A stretch of 63,365 bases of DNA, filler included, from Globobulimina sp. (Eukaryota), in assembly GCA_003354225.1 (NCBI GenBank). It is 55 parts of 55 records of this genome, joined end to end, with 100 filler letters (N's around TTAATTAATTAA, not from the genome) between each part and the next. Parts side by side here need not be neighbours in the genome. Positions count along the whole stretch, not along the records: positions 11,551 to 12,605 come from PIVH01024719.1; positions 12,706 to 13,760 come from PIVH01024720.1; positions 13,861 to 14,915 come from PIVH01024721.1; positions 15,016 to 16,070 come from PIVH01024722.1; positions 16,171 to 17,225 come from PIVH01024723.1; positions 17,326 to 18,379 come from PIVH01024724.1; positions 18,480 to 19,533 come from PIVH01024725.1; positions 19,634 to 20,687 come from PIVH01024726.1; 47 more parts are not named here. One strand, given 5' to 3'. The notes under the pieces are model-generated. The model saw only the letters and a list, made by a program, of their open reading frames with translations, was not told where the DNA came from and ran no database searches. Shown piece by piece: positions 11,551-23,693 of the stretch. Numbering within the stretch: the stretch's first letter is position 1; each line of letters opens with the position of its first letter. A program made the position numbers and the translations under genes.

Positions 11551-12605
11551 TGTGATAAGCGTTGAAATGCTTTGCTGTTTTTATTTTGTTGCGTCCAATT
11601 TGATAATTTTGTATTTACAAATAATAATAATACCTCTTCCGTGGATTTGCTTGTCAATGAATTGAGATATTCTTTTCTGGAGATATCTAATGTGGTCGTT
11701 GCGTTATGGCGAATTGAACACGGATCGACTGTGCATGCACTGCTTACAAACTCTGAAAATTGTTTCTTTTTATATTGCAAGAGATGCATTGCGTGGATGG
11801 CGATGGTTCTATTCCATGCTTTATTTTTTGCTGTCGAACATTTCATTGTTCCTTTATACGGCACCAAACTATGTATGTCTTGATTTGACGGTTGTTCTCT
11901 ATTCAAAATTGAAGTTAATTGGCCTTTTAATCGACGGATTGTCTGAACATAGTCTTTTTCTTTGCTTTCAAACTCATTGGTTACTTTTAACAATTCTAAT
12001 CTGGTCAACATTAATCTGTTTGAGGTATTCGCAAATATGGTCTCTTTGACATGCTTTTTCCATCTAAAAAACCATCGCTTTGATTGAACTGCGCGGTATT
12101 TGCAAACCATTTGCATTCTGTGACGATTTCTTTGTGATACGTTGTTTTGCCACGCAATAAAAAACTTCTTTGTCAGTGATGATTCTTTTTGTAAAAAAAC
12201 GCGTTCCATTCTCGATTTTATAAATTTTTCTTTATCAACAATGGACGGTGACGGTGATGTGGATGATGTTTGTTGCAATTTGTTGTTATGTATATCTTGA
12301 AAAAAGGAAACACTCTTTTTTGCAGCTTCAAAGCTATCCGATTCATCGACAGCATTAATAACATCCATATTTATGAGTGGTGCTGCTCTTAGAATCGATA
12401 CAGAAGCTCTCCGTTTCAAATGTCTGTGATTCGTCGAATTCGCTACATTGTTAACTTGTTTTTTAACATTCGCAGTTGTTACAATTTGCGCGCTTCGTTG
12501 CTGTCTATTTTGTAGAATATGTTTACGAACAGAATCGATATCCACATTACAATCTAAAATGCGGTTTTCGAGCTTTATTAGTTGTTCAGAGTACAATTTT
12601 GTGTC
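11551..12605 (-). CDS. Hypothetical coiled-coil protein with Sfi1-like F..W motifs, partial
   Basis: Frame open across the contig; KKFFIAWQNN and KRWFFRWKKHV resemble centrin-binding Sfi1 repeats. Confidence 0.45.
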
Positions 12606-12705
12606 NNNNNNNNNNNNNNNNNNNNNNNNNNNNNNNNNNNNNNNNNNNNTTAATTAATTAANNNNNNNNNNNNNNNNNNNNNNNNNNNNNNNNNNNNNNN
12701 NNNNN

Positions 12706-12893
12706 GACAATACCAGATAATGCAGAAAATTGTCAACATACAAGCGTTGCTTGTGACGGACTTATAAATGAAGATGGCACATACAAATGTGATTGTGTAG
12801 ATGGTTATGTCTCAGACACAAATGGTGGAACCATATCATCAACATGTTTGGCTAGTGGTGAATGGACAATCATTCAAAGCTGTATTAATTCAG
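12706..12893 (+). CDS. Sushi/CCP-like domain exon (not in the ORF track)
   Basis: Translates TIPDNAENC...YKCDCVDGYVSDTNGGTISSTCLASGEWTIIQSCINS, a C-x-C-xx-GY...C-xxx-G-x-W...C pattern ending in a phase-1 donor CAG|GT. Confidence 0.7.
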
Positions 12894-13206
12894 GTTCGTT
12901 CATAGAAGCAAAGAATTGTGACTGAAATTATCTAATTGCCCTATGGTCCTGCAGGCCATACTCACCAGCACCGGGTTTTGGTGTTCTTTCTTCTTTTTTT
13001 CTCTTCACACTTTTTTCTGCCGAACAAACTGAAACTTAGATACAATGTACGTTATTCTACACAAAAATTTTAAACGCTCTTAGTTTTTTGATTTGACCTA
13101 TGCTTCTTCTTAGCTGCGTTTTAAGTCAAAAACGGATATACGGTACACTTCACTTGTAATTAAATGATCGGTCTGAACTTTTTTTGTGAATCGGTACCTG
13201 TATACT

Positions 13207-13754
13207 CTACAAAACCTTAAATCAGTGATTCAGAAATCGAACCGGAAGTTAGAGCTTGCAAAGTTGTCAGTCGGAGCTTCATTGTGAACAGTGAGAAAGT
13301 TTGAGTTCGAACCACTTCTGGTGGATGCGCCATGAAAAAATGCCAAAAAATGTAACCCACCAAGGTTTTTCTTTAAAAATTCCAAAGTTATGGTGCCTCC
13401 AAGTTAGCTACTTAGAGCTAATTTCTGTCATAGAGAACTTTTTTGATGTATTCCTGGATTAAAACGGTTCCTAACAGGAAATAAGGCGCATGACAACTTC
13501 AAATCGTTGAGATATGGATGTGGTTTGTGTAGTTCAAGTGCTAAGTTATAACTAACTGATTCGGACATATTTTTTACTGGAATAGCCGATTGCTTTGAAA
13601 TTTGGTGAGCCTAGGTTTGCTACAAAACCTTCAAGTAACGATTTGGACTCCAACCGGAAGTTCCATTTTTTAAGCTTGCAATATTTCCACTTCGAGCTTC
13701 ATCGCCAGCGGTTAGGAATTTTGAGTTCGGACCACTCTAGTTAGATGCGCCATG
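13207..13754 (+). repeat. Diverged direct repeat of about 130 bp (13207-13334 and 13620-13754) within a probable interspersed element
   Basis: Collinear shared blocks CTACAAAACCTT, AACCGGAAGTT, AGCTTGCAA, GAGCTTCAT, TTTGAGTTCG.ACCACT and GATGCGCCATG. Confidence 0.75.
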
Positions 13755-13994
13755 GCCGAANNNNNNNNNNNNNNNNNNNNNNNNNNNNNNNNNNNNNNNN
13801 NNNNTTAATTAATTAANNNNNNNNNNNNNNNNNNNNNNNNNNNNNNNNNNNNNNNNNNNNATATATCATATGTATTTGAGATGTGTACCAAAAGCAAAAA
13901 ACAATACCATCGAGCCATAATATTTTTAAATAATAATGTTTTTACTAACTAACTAAAACAAAAACCCTTTTATATCCACAACTGCTGACTGACC

Positions 13995-14585
13995 ATGTTT
14001 AATCAACCAAACGTACAGAATATTGATGATACGGATTGCGCAGATTTATCAGCTCTTGCGTTGTTTCAACTCATTGTCTATGGCAACGACACATTAATGC
14101 TGCAAGAGAAGAAATCCTTTGAATCTGTGTGTTCACCAAACTCAGTCTCTTCACCAAGATTAGATTTACACACAGTGTCAGAATCAATGATAACACATAA
14201 CCCGTACACTCCAGATCCGCCATCAACACTCTCATGCAAGAGTTTCCCCATTAGTTTTGCCTTAAACGATGCGCAAAATGCATTGGATTCATTAAATAAA
14301 TGTAAACATGAACGAGTTACACGAAGTTGTCAAGAGCAGAAAGATTCAACTCTGCATTATATTGAATGTGATGAGTGTGGAAAGGAAGTGTATCATTACG
14401 CGGAAAGAACACAACAACAACAAAAGTGTAACAGTGAGACGGTGATAGAAATTAAAAAGGAGATAATAAGGACAGATAATGAGTGGTATGATAATGTGTA
14501 TAGAAATTGTAAACATCCTGAAACATTTAGGGATAATACGGTGTGTAAACAGTGTGGACAGTGTACCTATTTTATTTTGGATTAA
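13995..14585 (+). CDS. Hypothetical protein with two CKH...CxxCG zinc-ribbon-like motifs
   Basis: Complete ATG-TAA ORF of 196 aa with CKHERVT...IECDECGKE and CKHPETFRDNTVCKQCGQC; T-rich 3' flank. Confidence 0.6.
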   Translation: MFNQPNVQNIDDTDCADLSALALFQLIVYGNDTLMLQEKKSFESVCSPNSVSSPRLDLHTVSESMITHNPYTPDPPSTLSCKSFPISFALNDAQNALDSLNKCKHERVTRSCQEQKDSTLHYIECDECGKEVYHYAERTQQQQKCNSETVIEIKKEIIRTDNEWYDNVYRNCKHPETFRDNTVCKQCGQCTYFILD

Positions 14586-15177
14586 ATATTATATCTACGA
14601 AAACTAGATATCATCGCTTATATAATCTTTAGTTTTTTTTTTTTTGTTTTAAGTTCTTGTATTCAATAACATCTAAAAAACTGTGTATTGTTTTATTATG
14701 TTTAGTTTTGATTAGTGTCTTGTTTGTTTAATTTTGCTTTTTTTTGGCTCTCCGTTCGATCAACTCTTTAACGAGAACGACAACGTACGTGTATTGCATG
14801 GATTTTGTGTACGTGTTTCGCGATCAATGTACACGTACGTTTTTTGTTTGTTTGTTTGCGTGATTTTATTTGATTTGTGTGTGATAAATGTTATTAATTA
14901 ATTTTTAGTGGTTTANNNNNNNNNNNNNNNNNNNNNNNNNNNNNNNNNNNNNNNNNNNNTTAATTAATTAANNNNNNNNNNNNNNNNNNNNNNNNNNNNN
15001 NNNNNNNNNNNNNNNGCTAGAAAACCTTTATCATGAAATAATCACAAATCATGAAAAACAAGTGTTGTTATCATGAAAAGATGCGCAAGGATGACCTGAA
15101 ATTGACGCTAACCACAAACAGTGTTATCTACATTCAAAATGAGATTTTTACGAAGAAAGTTAGATATTTTGAGATAT

Positions 15178-15866
15178 TCAGTATACAAAACAAAATATAA
15201 TACACATAAAATAATAAATAATCAACAAACATTTAAATCTGGAAAAAGAAAACATTAATAATTGATATTGATCATTTGAAACCTCATTAAACAATGACAA
15301 CAATCTCTTTCCATCCACTGCAACAATGCCATCATCCTCTCCTTTCACCCATCGTTCATAATCATTCATAATATTCGTAAAACTTGATCTTAAACGATAA
15401 TTTATATTGATTTGATATTCAGAATCCACAGAAATATATTTCCGGTATAACTCATAAGCTTTTTGCTTTGCCATATTTATATCACATCCTTTGTCTTTAT
15501 CTCTTTCTACGATTAGAGACAAAGGAATATATTCTTTGAAATCCATAGAAGCCAATTTATCATTGATTTCTCCATCATTTATTTCAATGTTTAGTTTATC
15601 CCTATTCGCAATCAAATATTTCTCGAATTGCACAGTCTCAATAAACGACAATATACATTCTAAAATATTTTGAGCAACGAGCAAATTTAGCATTGTTTAC
15701 AAAAACACATAAAAACAGAAAACAAACCAAGACAGTACTCAGCGTTTAAATGTACGACAAACGAATTGAATGTGCTTTCATTTTCAAATAATTCAATAAC
15801 ATTTTGCTTACTTACTGGATTATCATCGTCTTCATCAAAATCCACTGAATTTGACTTTTTTGCAGA
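15178..15866 (-). CDS. RGS (regulator of G-protein signalling) domain protein fragment (intron 15660-15727); ends approximate
   Basis: Spliced FNSFVVHLNAEYCL|ECILSFIETVQF...AYELYRKYISVDSEYQININ...LFNEVSNDQYQLLMFSFSRF fits an RGS box. Confidence 0.8.
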
Positions 15867-16170
15867 TATACATATTAACTAAACGCATTTCCTCTTTTAC
15901 ATGTAACTCGTCCCCAAATGAAGGTGTTTTTCTATATACTGTCATGATCACTATATAGGGGACTATACAGTATGTATTATATTAGTAATATTGTAAGTAA
16001 ATTAGTTTTTTTTTTTAGACAGGGGGGGAAATACTTTGAATTTGAAATTTAAATAATTATTGGTAATGAANNNNNNNNNNNNNNNNNNNNNNNNNNNNNN
16101 NNNNNNNNNNNNNNTTAATTAATTAANNNNNNNNNNNNNNNNNNNNNNNNNNNNNNNNNNNNNNNNNNNN

Positions 16171-17171
16171 TGCACCAACAGTGACCGATAAACAACAAAG
16201 TGAAATCATCACAAATCCGCAAATAACATAATAAGCAGAACTTTCATCCGTTGTTGCAAATATTGATGAATTTATGTCTGAACTTGAAAGCGTAGTATTT
16301 CCTCCACAAATCAATGATAAATCATAAGCACCATAATCCAACTCAGAAAAGCCTGTAATTTGCACAAAATATTTACCCGGACACATATCATTGAGTATTA
16401 CTTCTTCATTCAACGAACAATAACCACAATCATCTTGGCACGAATTCATTAACATTCCATTGTAACTTTATTAAAATGCATACAATTAATCGGAAAAAGA
16501 AAACAAAAAACAAAACAACACCTATAAATATATAATTTTGTATCAAAATCAGAATCACAATTCGATAATAATATAGATTCTTGATAGCGTTGTAATTGCA
16601 CCTCATAATAATGACTGTTCTCGCCTGACCATGTTGTGCCATATACAACTTCTGTTGTTGCCATACCAATGTTATTACAGATTAATGTATCCCTAATTCT
16701 CTTGGTTGATAGCAACGGCGATGGGCTATCATTACAATTGGAAATAGTTAGCGTATAATTGCCGACGTCAAATATATCACTTCGTCCTTTAATTTGAATA
16801 TAATAGATTCCAATACATGCATTGTTCCATTTTGTAATTTGATTTCTGGGAAAAATGGACTTAGCATTACAAAATAAACAGTCATGTTCATAACATGAAG
16901 ACACAGGGAATGTACTGTATATGTCATCGAATATTAATATATTGGAATTAAAATCGGTGTTACATGTTGATATTGTAATGGATGGTTGATATGAGTTCCG
17001 GATTTCGAATGAATAGTAATGAGATGGCTCATCAATGGTCGTCGTGGCAGATATAACAATATCCGATGATGTGCAATATAATTCGCCTTTGTACGTCGCA
17101 TATTCAATTTGTTCTGAAAACGTTGTTGATAAAATGTCGTAAATAATAACCAATACAGGTAAAAAGATCAT
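16171..17171 (-). CDS. Type I membrane protein with two PPC-like (pre-peptidase C-terminal) repeats, one intron
   Basis: Signal peptide; repeated HYY.F...ISTCNTDFNS.I.IF / LSNCDSDFDTKLYIY and YYIQIKG...GNYTLTI / YFVQITG...GAYDLSL. Splicing YIY|SYNGMLMNSC joins the two ORFs. C-terminal TM segment. Confidence 0.65.
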
Positions 17172-17325
17172 GTTTCCCTATGTAAATAAATAAATAAATG
17201 CACAAAAAGCATGGTTTCACATAAANNNNNNNNNNNNNNNNNNNNNNNNNNNNNNNNNNNNNNNNNNNNTTAATTAATTAANNNNNNNNNNNNNNNNNNN
17301 NNNNNNNNNNNNNNNNNNNNNNNNN

Positions 17326-18242
17326 GTCAACACAAACGAAATCATATAGTCAGCAGACACAAGTATTTGTATTTGGAATGGATAGATTTGGAATGGATAT
17401 GGTATTTTGACACATTGGTTATGGAGTTCAGCACCAGCACAAACATGGTATTTATAATGAGATTTATTATTGGTCATTTCAATCGCATCCAAAACATTTA
17501 CAATAGGCATGTCGCGAACTAATTTAATTCTTTTATTAGAATCGCAATCATTAACATATAGTATTCCAGCATGGGTTTTGAGACTGATTGTAGCGCAAAT
17601 TGGCCCTATTTATGTGTTGTGATTGTTGGGAGAAAGCAGTAATATTAATTTGCCCACCGACATCTATCATTATAGCCACAGTAATCGGTATTGGAATGAG
17701 TTTGGTAGCGTCCATCTTACGTATACCAATAAAAGCTGTATTGGATAAAACATTACACTCCCCATTGGATATATATCACAGTCAGACCAATGCTGTTCAA
17801 TTCAATATAAACAGACATCTTTGCAGCACACAACAATTATACACAGCATATGGCTCACAAAGAATGTTAATTGATGGCCAACATGTCAGTCAGAATGCAT
17901 ATTAACTCTGTGGATGACGCCTTATTACTAAATATTTATGATGATGTTGGTAATGTGGAATATGTCAATTATCATAAAATAAAAACGTTGCAATGGTTCA
18001 AATTATATCCATTTTATCGTTTAATTGCATTTCATACTGAGGAACCGCGCGGTTTTACGCTCTGACTGCGGTGCCCAGACTATTTAATACGAGCAAAGGC
18101 TTTAAATCTGTCGAAGATGGCTGGTTTACTGCGTTATTGATAAAATTCAGCGCCTTTCTATTTTCTAATGTGTCAAAATACCATATCCATTCCAAATACA
18201 AATACTTGTGTCTGCTGACTATATGATTTCGTTTGTGTTGAC
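17326..18242. repeat. Inverted duplication of about 76 bp (17326-17416 vs 18167-18242)
   Basis: GTCAACACAAACGAAATCATATAGTCAGCAGACACAAGTATTTG... is the reverse complement of ...CAAATACTTGTGTCTGCTGACTATATGATTTCGTTTGTGTTGAC. The left copy carries an extra 15-bp tandem duplication. Confidence 0.9.
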
Positions 18243-18479
18243 TGTGTTCAGTGTTCGTTCCTTTTTGTTTACAAAAGGTCACAAAATCGTACCGTTTCTG
18301 TGGAAAGAGCCAGTTCTTGGATTCACAGAAGAGTTTTTCAGAAATTTAGAATTTTTTAAATGTACAACGAACATTAATANNNNNNNNNNNNNNNNNNNNN
18401 NNNNNNNNNNNNNNNNNNNNNNNTTAATTAATTAANNNNNNNNNNNNNNNNNNNNNNNNNNNNNNNNNNNNNNNNNNNN

Positions 18480-18778
18480 AACGCGGGGTTCGGCGTATCG
18501 ACCAGGATCACGGCATCCGTGTCCAGCAGACCGGTGAGGGTCTGAGGAAACGCCTCAACCGTGACGGTGTTGACATTGAGCTGCAAGGTGGTCCAGTTCA
18601 GGTGCAAATCTGCTTCTTTGAGGGACTGGCGGATAATGGTGTTGATCCGCTCGATTTCTTTCTCGGTTCGATTTTTCGGTTGCAAAAACATCCATGCCAG
18701 TAAAGCTGTCATCAGGGTAACAAGTGCGATCTGTCGGGTGCACATTTCGTTTCTCCATTCGCCATACTTTTGTTCTGC
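18480..18778 (-). CDS. GC-richer exon of a probable single-pass membrane protein
   Basis: TTTTCAG acceptor followed by an open frame with a TM segment (IALVTLMTALLAWMFL); composition differs from the AT-rich majority. Confidence 0.4.
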
Positions 18779-19633
18779 TGAAAACTGATTGGGCTGAAAT
18801 GGGAACGTACATACAATGCACGTACATAATATTGTACAGACCATTTTGCTATTCATGTATTGGGTTCGTAATTGTCCATTCATTCAATTTCCCGTTTTTG
18901 TTTCAGGTGCATGTAAAGCTCCGAAAAATAAAATTGAAAACAAGATGAAAAAGTCAGGGGCTGAACCAACTCGAAAGCGACGAGCAAGAGACAAAGATGG
19001 TAAATCCATTCATTATTACGTCGATATTCAAAAAAACAGTATTTGAGAGCATTAGTTGAATTATCAGGGGTCTTAGCGAGTCAGGAAAAGTCAGGATTTA
19101 GAACATAGGTGTGGGAAAGTCATGATAAGGTCAGGAAAAATCGGGTTTTCCGGAACATTCCTTGCTAATTGCAAATTTAGTGTCCAAAACACCAAATTTC
19201 TAAATATTCTGGCCTTCGGCCAGTTAACAGTGAATATTCAGTCAAAAATTCGAAAAATCCGGATTTTAGCAGGTACATACAATGTATGTATGTAACGTAT
19301 GTACATAGTTGTTTTAGTACTCAACAAATATGGTGATGGCTACGTAAGTGATTACGATGACACGACAGAGATCAACAGACATGCAACGAAGATCAAGAGA
19401 GAGTTGGAGAAAGAAACAAAAGCACTGAAAAAGTCCAAAGGCTACGTTTCGAGCGAAAGCAACACCTTGTACCAGGAGCGAATGAAGAAACATATATGTG
19501 GTATGTAATATGTATTTCATATGTACAGTACATNNNNNNNNNNNNNNNNNNNNNNNNNNNNNNNNNNNNNNNNNNNNTTAATTAATTAANNNNNNNNNNN
19601 NNNNNNNNNNNNNNNNNNNNNNNNNNNNNNNNN

Positions 19634-20287
19634 TGTGGGGAATATATGGGTCGGGGAACTAAGTTTAATGCGCGCCAGGAAGAAGCCATTGGAATGGAAT
19701 GGATGGGCTTAAAACGATGGCGCTTTTATTTAAAATGCAGCTCATGTTCACAGGAAATGACTTTTCTCACCGATCCAGAAAATGATCATTATGTCACCGA
19801 GCATGGATGTACACGGAATCTCGAACCGTGGCGAGTTAAGGAAGAAGTTAATAAAATATTGTCGGAGAAACAAAAACACATTGAATCGGATAGCATGAAA
19901 GCATTGGAAAATAAGTCATCGATTATTAAAAATCAATTGGATTTAATGGATACAATCAATGATTTACAGGACATCAATAAAAAGAATGCCTTTGTTAATC
20001 ATGACAATGTTATTCATAAATTGAATAAAAAGCGAACTTTTGAGGAAATAAAGCAAGACAATAAAGAACTGGAACAATTTAAACAAAAGAAAAAACAGAA
20101 AATTGTACATCATAAATTGTTACCGTTTGAACAAAATAATAAAAATAGTTTTAATTTTAAGCCGATACAAAAGGATATCGATAGGAATAAGGATAATGAA
20201 ATAAAGAAAATTACAATAAAAAAGAAGAAAAAAATAAAGAAAAAGAAATTGAAAAATAACAAAGAAATACGAACCATTCAGTTGTGA
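19634..20287 (+). CDS. YJU2: Splicing factor YJU2/CWC16 (CCDC94 family), 5'-partial
   Basis: CGEYMGRGTKFNARQE...WRFYLKCSSCSQEMTFLTDPENDHYVTEHGCTRN, followed by DSMKALE. Confidence 0.92.
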   Translation, partial: CGEYMGRGTKFNARQEEAIGMEWMGLKRWRFYLKCSSCSQEMTFLTDPENDHYVTEHGCTRNLEPWRVKEEVNKILSEKQKHIESDSMKALENKSSIIKNQLDLMDTINDLQDINKKNAFVNHDNVIHKLNKKRTFEEIKQDNKELEQFKQKKKQKIVHHKLLPFEQNNKNSFNFKPIQKDIDRNKDNEIKKITIKKKKKIKKKKLKNNKEIRTIQL

Positions 20288-20819
20288 GTCAGAGTCACTA
20301 TCAAATGTATTTATTGTATTTACGAGATCTTTCCCTAAAATTAAACAAAAAAAGATTTTCAACTTGGCCTTGCTCGATATTTGTTCGGTTTTTTACCCAT
20401 AATATTGTAAGTATACAAGTGAATTTGCTTTCGTTAGTACATTTGGCATCGTCCGAATTGTTTCTTAGCGGTGATTTTGTTTGCAAAGTTACATGCAATT
20501 TAAAGTTATGATTTAAAAACAATAATTAACAAACACACCAAATCACAGTGTCAAAGTGTCGAAAGTGTCAATATGGAGCATATCGTTGATCTGTGTATAA
20601 CGCAGATTGGTAGACGTTGTATGTAACATATTATTTCTCAATTAGTTACAAACTAATTCTTTCCTTGGCTGTCCTTTTCTTTTTGTTNNNNNNNNNNNNN
20701 NNNNNNNNNNNNNNNNNNNNNNNNNNNNNNNTTAATTAATTAANNNNNNNNNNNNNNNNNNNNNNNNNNNNNNNNNNNNNNNNNNNNGTCAACATACATA
20801 TTAATCGAATTATATGCAG

Positions 20820-21841
20820 CATTTAGGTGTTTTGCCAGAATATATGCCTCTCAATCATGGATTCGATGAATACTTAGGTTTGTGCCATGCACCATGGAGT
20901 AGTTCAAAAAGTTTTTGAGTTAGTCACTTTCCTAAAAATGATAAAATGTTTTTGTGTTAAGGTGTTCCATATAGTGTCGATATGGGTTGTTCAGTATGGC
21001 ATCAATGTGCAACCAATATCTTGCCATTGATAAAAGATAATAGTACGATAGTACAACAACCTGTGGATTTATCTAAATTATCAGATATTTATTTGCATTC
21101 TGCAGTTGAATTTATTAACAAGTCAATCAATCAAAATAATCCATTTCTTTTATATTTTCCCCTTTCGCATGTACATGTTCCTGATTATATGTCACCAATC
21201 CATTGTAATAGCAGTGTCCGAGGATTTTATGGTGCTGCGGTGGAAGAAATGGATGCATTGATTGGTGATGTTATGCAATATGTAAGATCTCGAAATATTG
21301 ATGATCAAACCCTTGTATTCTTTACTTCTGATAATGGACCTTGGATGATACAAAAATTAGCGGGTGGGAGTGCTGGTTTATTTCGAGGTGCAAAGTCAAA
21401 CACATTTGAAGGTGTGCCATGAGCCCATGACATGTTTTAGCTTCAAAACTTGCTTCAACACTCTTACTTGCTACACATGTCCGCTTCACGCATTTTTTTT
21501 GTGTTAATTATAAAGGTGGCGTACGTATGCCAGCTTGGGCATATTGGCCAGGTATGATAGATTATCGTAGTCGTTCTGTGCAAATAACAGCAACGTATGA
21601 TATCTTTTCAACGATTATAAATATTGCGAATGCAACACAATATCTACCAAATGATGGTCGGATCTATGATGGACGCGATATGACAGATATTTTATTTTTT
21701 GGTGGTGAATCAAAACATGACTGCATATATTATTGGGGCGGAATGCCAAATGATACACTTTCATGTCCATACAATATAACATCATCAGATTGGCCGTTAT
21801 GCCAAGGTTTATGGGCTGTGCGTTGTGGCCAATATAAAGCT
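20820..21841 (+). CDS. Arylsulfatase (ARSA/ARSG-like) fragment; exons 20820-20877, 20962-21411, 21516-21841
   Basis: HLG...HGFDEYL|GVPYSVDMGC, PFLLYFPLSHVHVP, TLVFFTSDNGP and FE|GGVRMP; both GT-AG introns preserve the frame. Confidence 0.93.
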
Positions 21842-22138
21842 NNNNNNNNNNNNNNNNNNNNNNNNNNNNNNNNNNNNNNNNNNNNTTAATTAATTAANNN
21901 NNNNNNNNNNNNNNNNNNNNNNNNNNNNNNNNNNNNNNNNNTTAAATTCAGAATAATTAAAGGCACGTAACAATTAATAATAACTAAAAAATGAGAGAAG
22001 GATAAAAAGAATATAATACAAATGGTACGCGCATATAACGGGAGGATATTGTGTATAACACAAAAAGGAACCAAACACACAAAAAATAGCAAGTTTGCAA
22101 GAAATGACGAAATTGCATTACAAAACCGCTTCTCGCCA

Positions 22139-22995
22139 CTAAAAATCCGCGGAGATCTTCGAGAAACCATCATTGTCATTCTCAGGGACTCCATTTAATT
22201 CTTTGGGCACCGTCGCTGTAATGGTATATCGAATCTCATTCATCATTACAGGCCCAGACACAAATGAATATTTCTTACTCAATAACGCGTCAATTTTGTC
22301 TTTGCACGCATCGACACTGAACGCGGTGTTCTCATTCAATTCCGCCGATTTCTCCTCTTTCAATGTGATTAATTGATGATAAAAGAAGTCATCCACCGAT
22401 AGGTTGCCAATGGTTTGCTTGACACTCTTCTCCGCTCTCCAATGCATCAATACTTTGTCCGTCATCGCATACGGATCTTTAGCCAACATTTGACAAATCA
22501 CAACATTTTGGCAGAACATGACTTTGCTGCAATGGGCAGGCGATCCGGATGTAAATACCAAAGCTTGCGATCCATCACGTTCATCGCGAGTCCGGTCTCT
22601 CCAAAGTGGACAGACGTCATGTTTTGTGGTGTAATTCTCACCGCAACGATTACATTTCTTTAAGCAATGGGCAGCTCGCAATATCTCTTTTTGATCAATC
22701 GATTTATTTTTGTACGTTGCCTCAATGATCCTGTCATGGATCGCTTTCTTTTCTGTGAATGCCTTACATGCAATACCTCCACAGTTTGGGTCAATTGTTC
22801 GATGTGTTGTGCAATATCCAAATGTTGATTTGCACACAAAATTAATATTCGAGGGGGATGCCTCAACAATATTTACTACGCCCGCTGCAGTGTTAATTTT
22901 ATTGCTATGGACCATGACTCTGATCTCATGCAAGAATCCCTGGGTATCGTTTGGATTGATGCCGGTTAAAAATAATTTGTTGGCATCTTTTATCG
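22139..22995 (-). CDS. Putative RRM plus zinc-knuckle protein (retroelement ORF1/Gag-like), 5'-partial
   Basis: Frame is open to the contig edge: KLFLTGINPNDT (RNP2-like), STFGYCTT (RNP1-like), CNRCGENYTTKHDVC (knuckle-like). Intronless. Confidence 0.4.
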
Positions 22996-23096
22996 NNNNN
23001 NNNNNNNNNNNNNNNNNNNNNNNNNNNNNNNNNNNNNNNTTAATTAATTAANNNNNNNNNNNNNNNNNNNNNNNNNNNNNNNNNNNNNNNNNNNNG

Positions 23097-23693
23097 CCAG
23101 GTCGAATCAAACCAACTGTACTCTTCCCTGATGCTAAAGGTCGCAACACTTATACTATAGTTAACGAAAACTGGACATCTGTTAATCCCAATCTCTATGT
23201 AGGAGAAGAAGATCAAGCACTTAATCTTTTAGAGCTAAAAGAGTCAAAATATTATCGAAATGAGCGAGTGAAAAGGCGATGGGGAGATACACCTGCTCAT
23301 GTAGTGTGGCTATTTTTGGCATATGACTTGGAAGATATCCAAGTTGCAAATTGGATATGTCGTTCTTGTTGGATTAATTTGTTTAACCGAACCAAACAAC
23401 TAAAAAAATGTCCTTTATGTCGACGGTTACCAAATAATGGAAATATGACTGAATATGAGGAGGCATACATAAACAACACGGTTTCCAATAATATACATCA
23501 AGAACATATTATCAATGTACCATACGGAGATACTCCAACAAATTTGAACCGAGTCAACCGACGTATTCATGCAAGTTCTATTCATGAGGATGAAACAAGG
23601 AAAAAACGTCGTTATTATGCCATAATATTAATTATTGCGAATGCTGGTGTTTTTAGTATTGGTACGGTTATAATAATTAGCACTTTAATTTAA
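23097..23693 (+). CDS. Protein with half of a RING finger and a C-terminal TM helix (possibly chimeric)
   Basis: ICRSCW...KCPLCRR supplies the last four RING ligands; the first four are absent. Hydrophobic C-terminus. Confidence 0.45.
   Translation, partial: PGRIKPTVLFPDAKGRNTYTIVNENWTSVNPNLYVGEEDQALNLLELKESKYYRNERVKRRWGDTPAHVVWLFLAYDLEDIQVANWICRSCWINLFNRTKQLKKCPLCRRLPNNGNMTEYEEAYINNTVSNNIHQEHIINVPYGDTPTNLNRVNRRIHASSIHEDETRKKRRYYAIILIIANAGVFSIGTVIIISTLI

Noticed and set aside
23270..23325. GT15 mannosyltransferase motif (RWGDTPAH vs RWGDAPxH)
   Set aside because: Upstream sequence shows no other GT15 motifs; too short to support the call.
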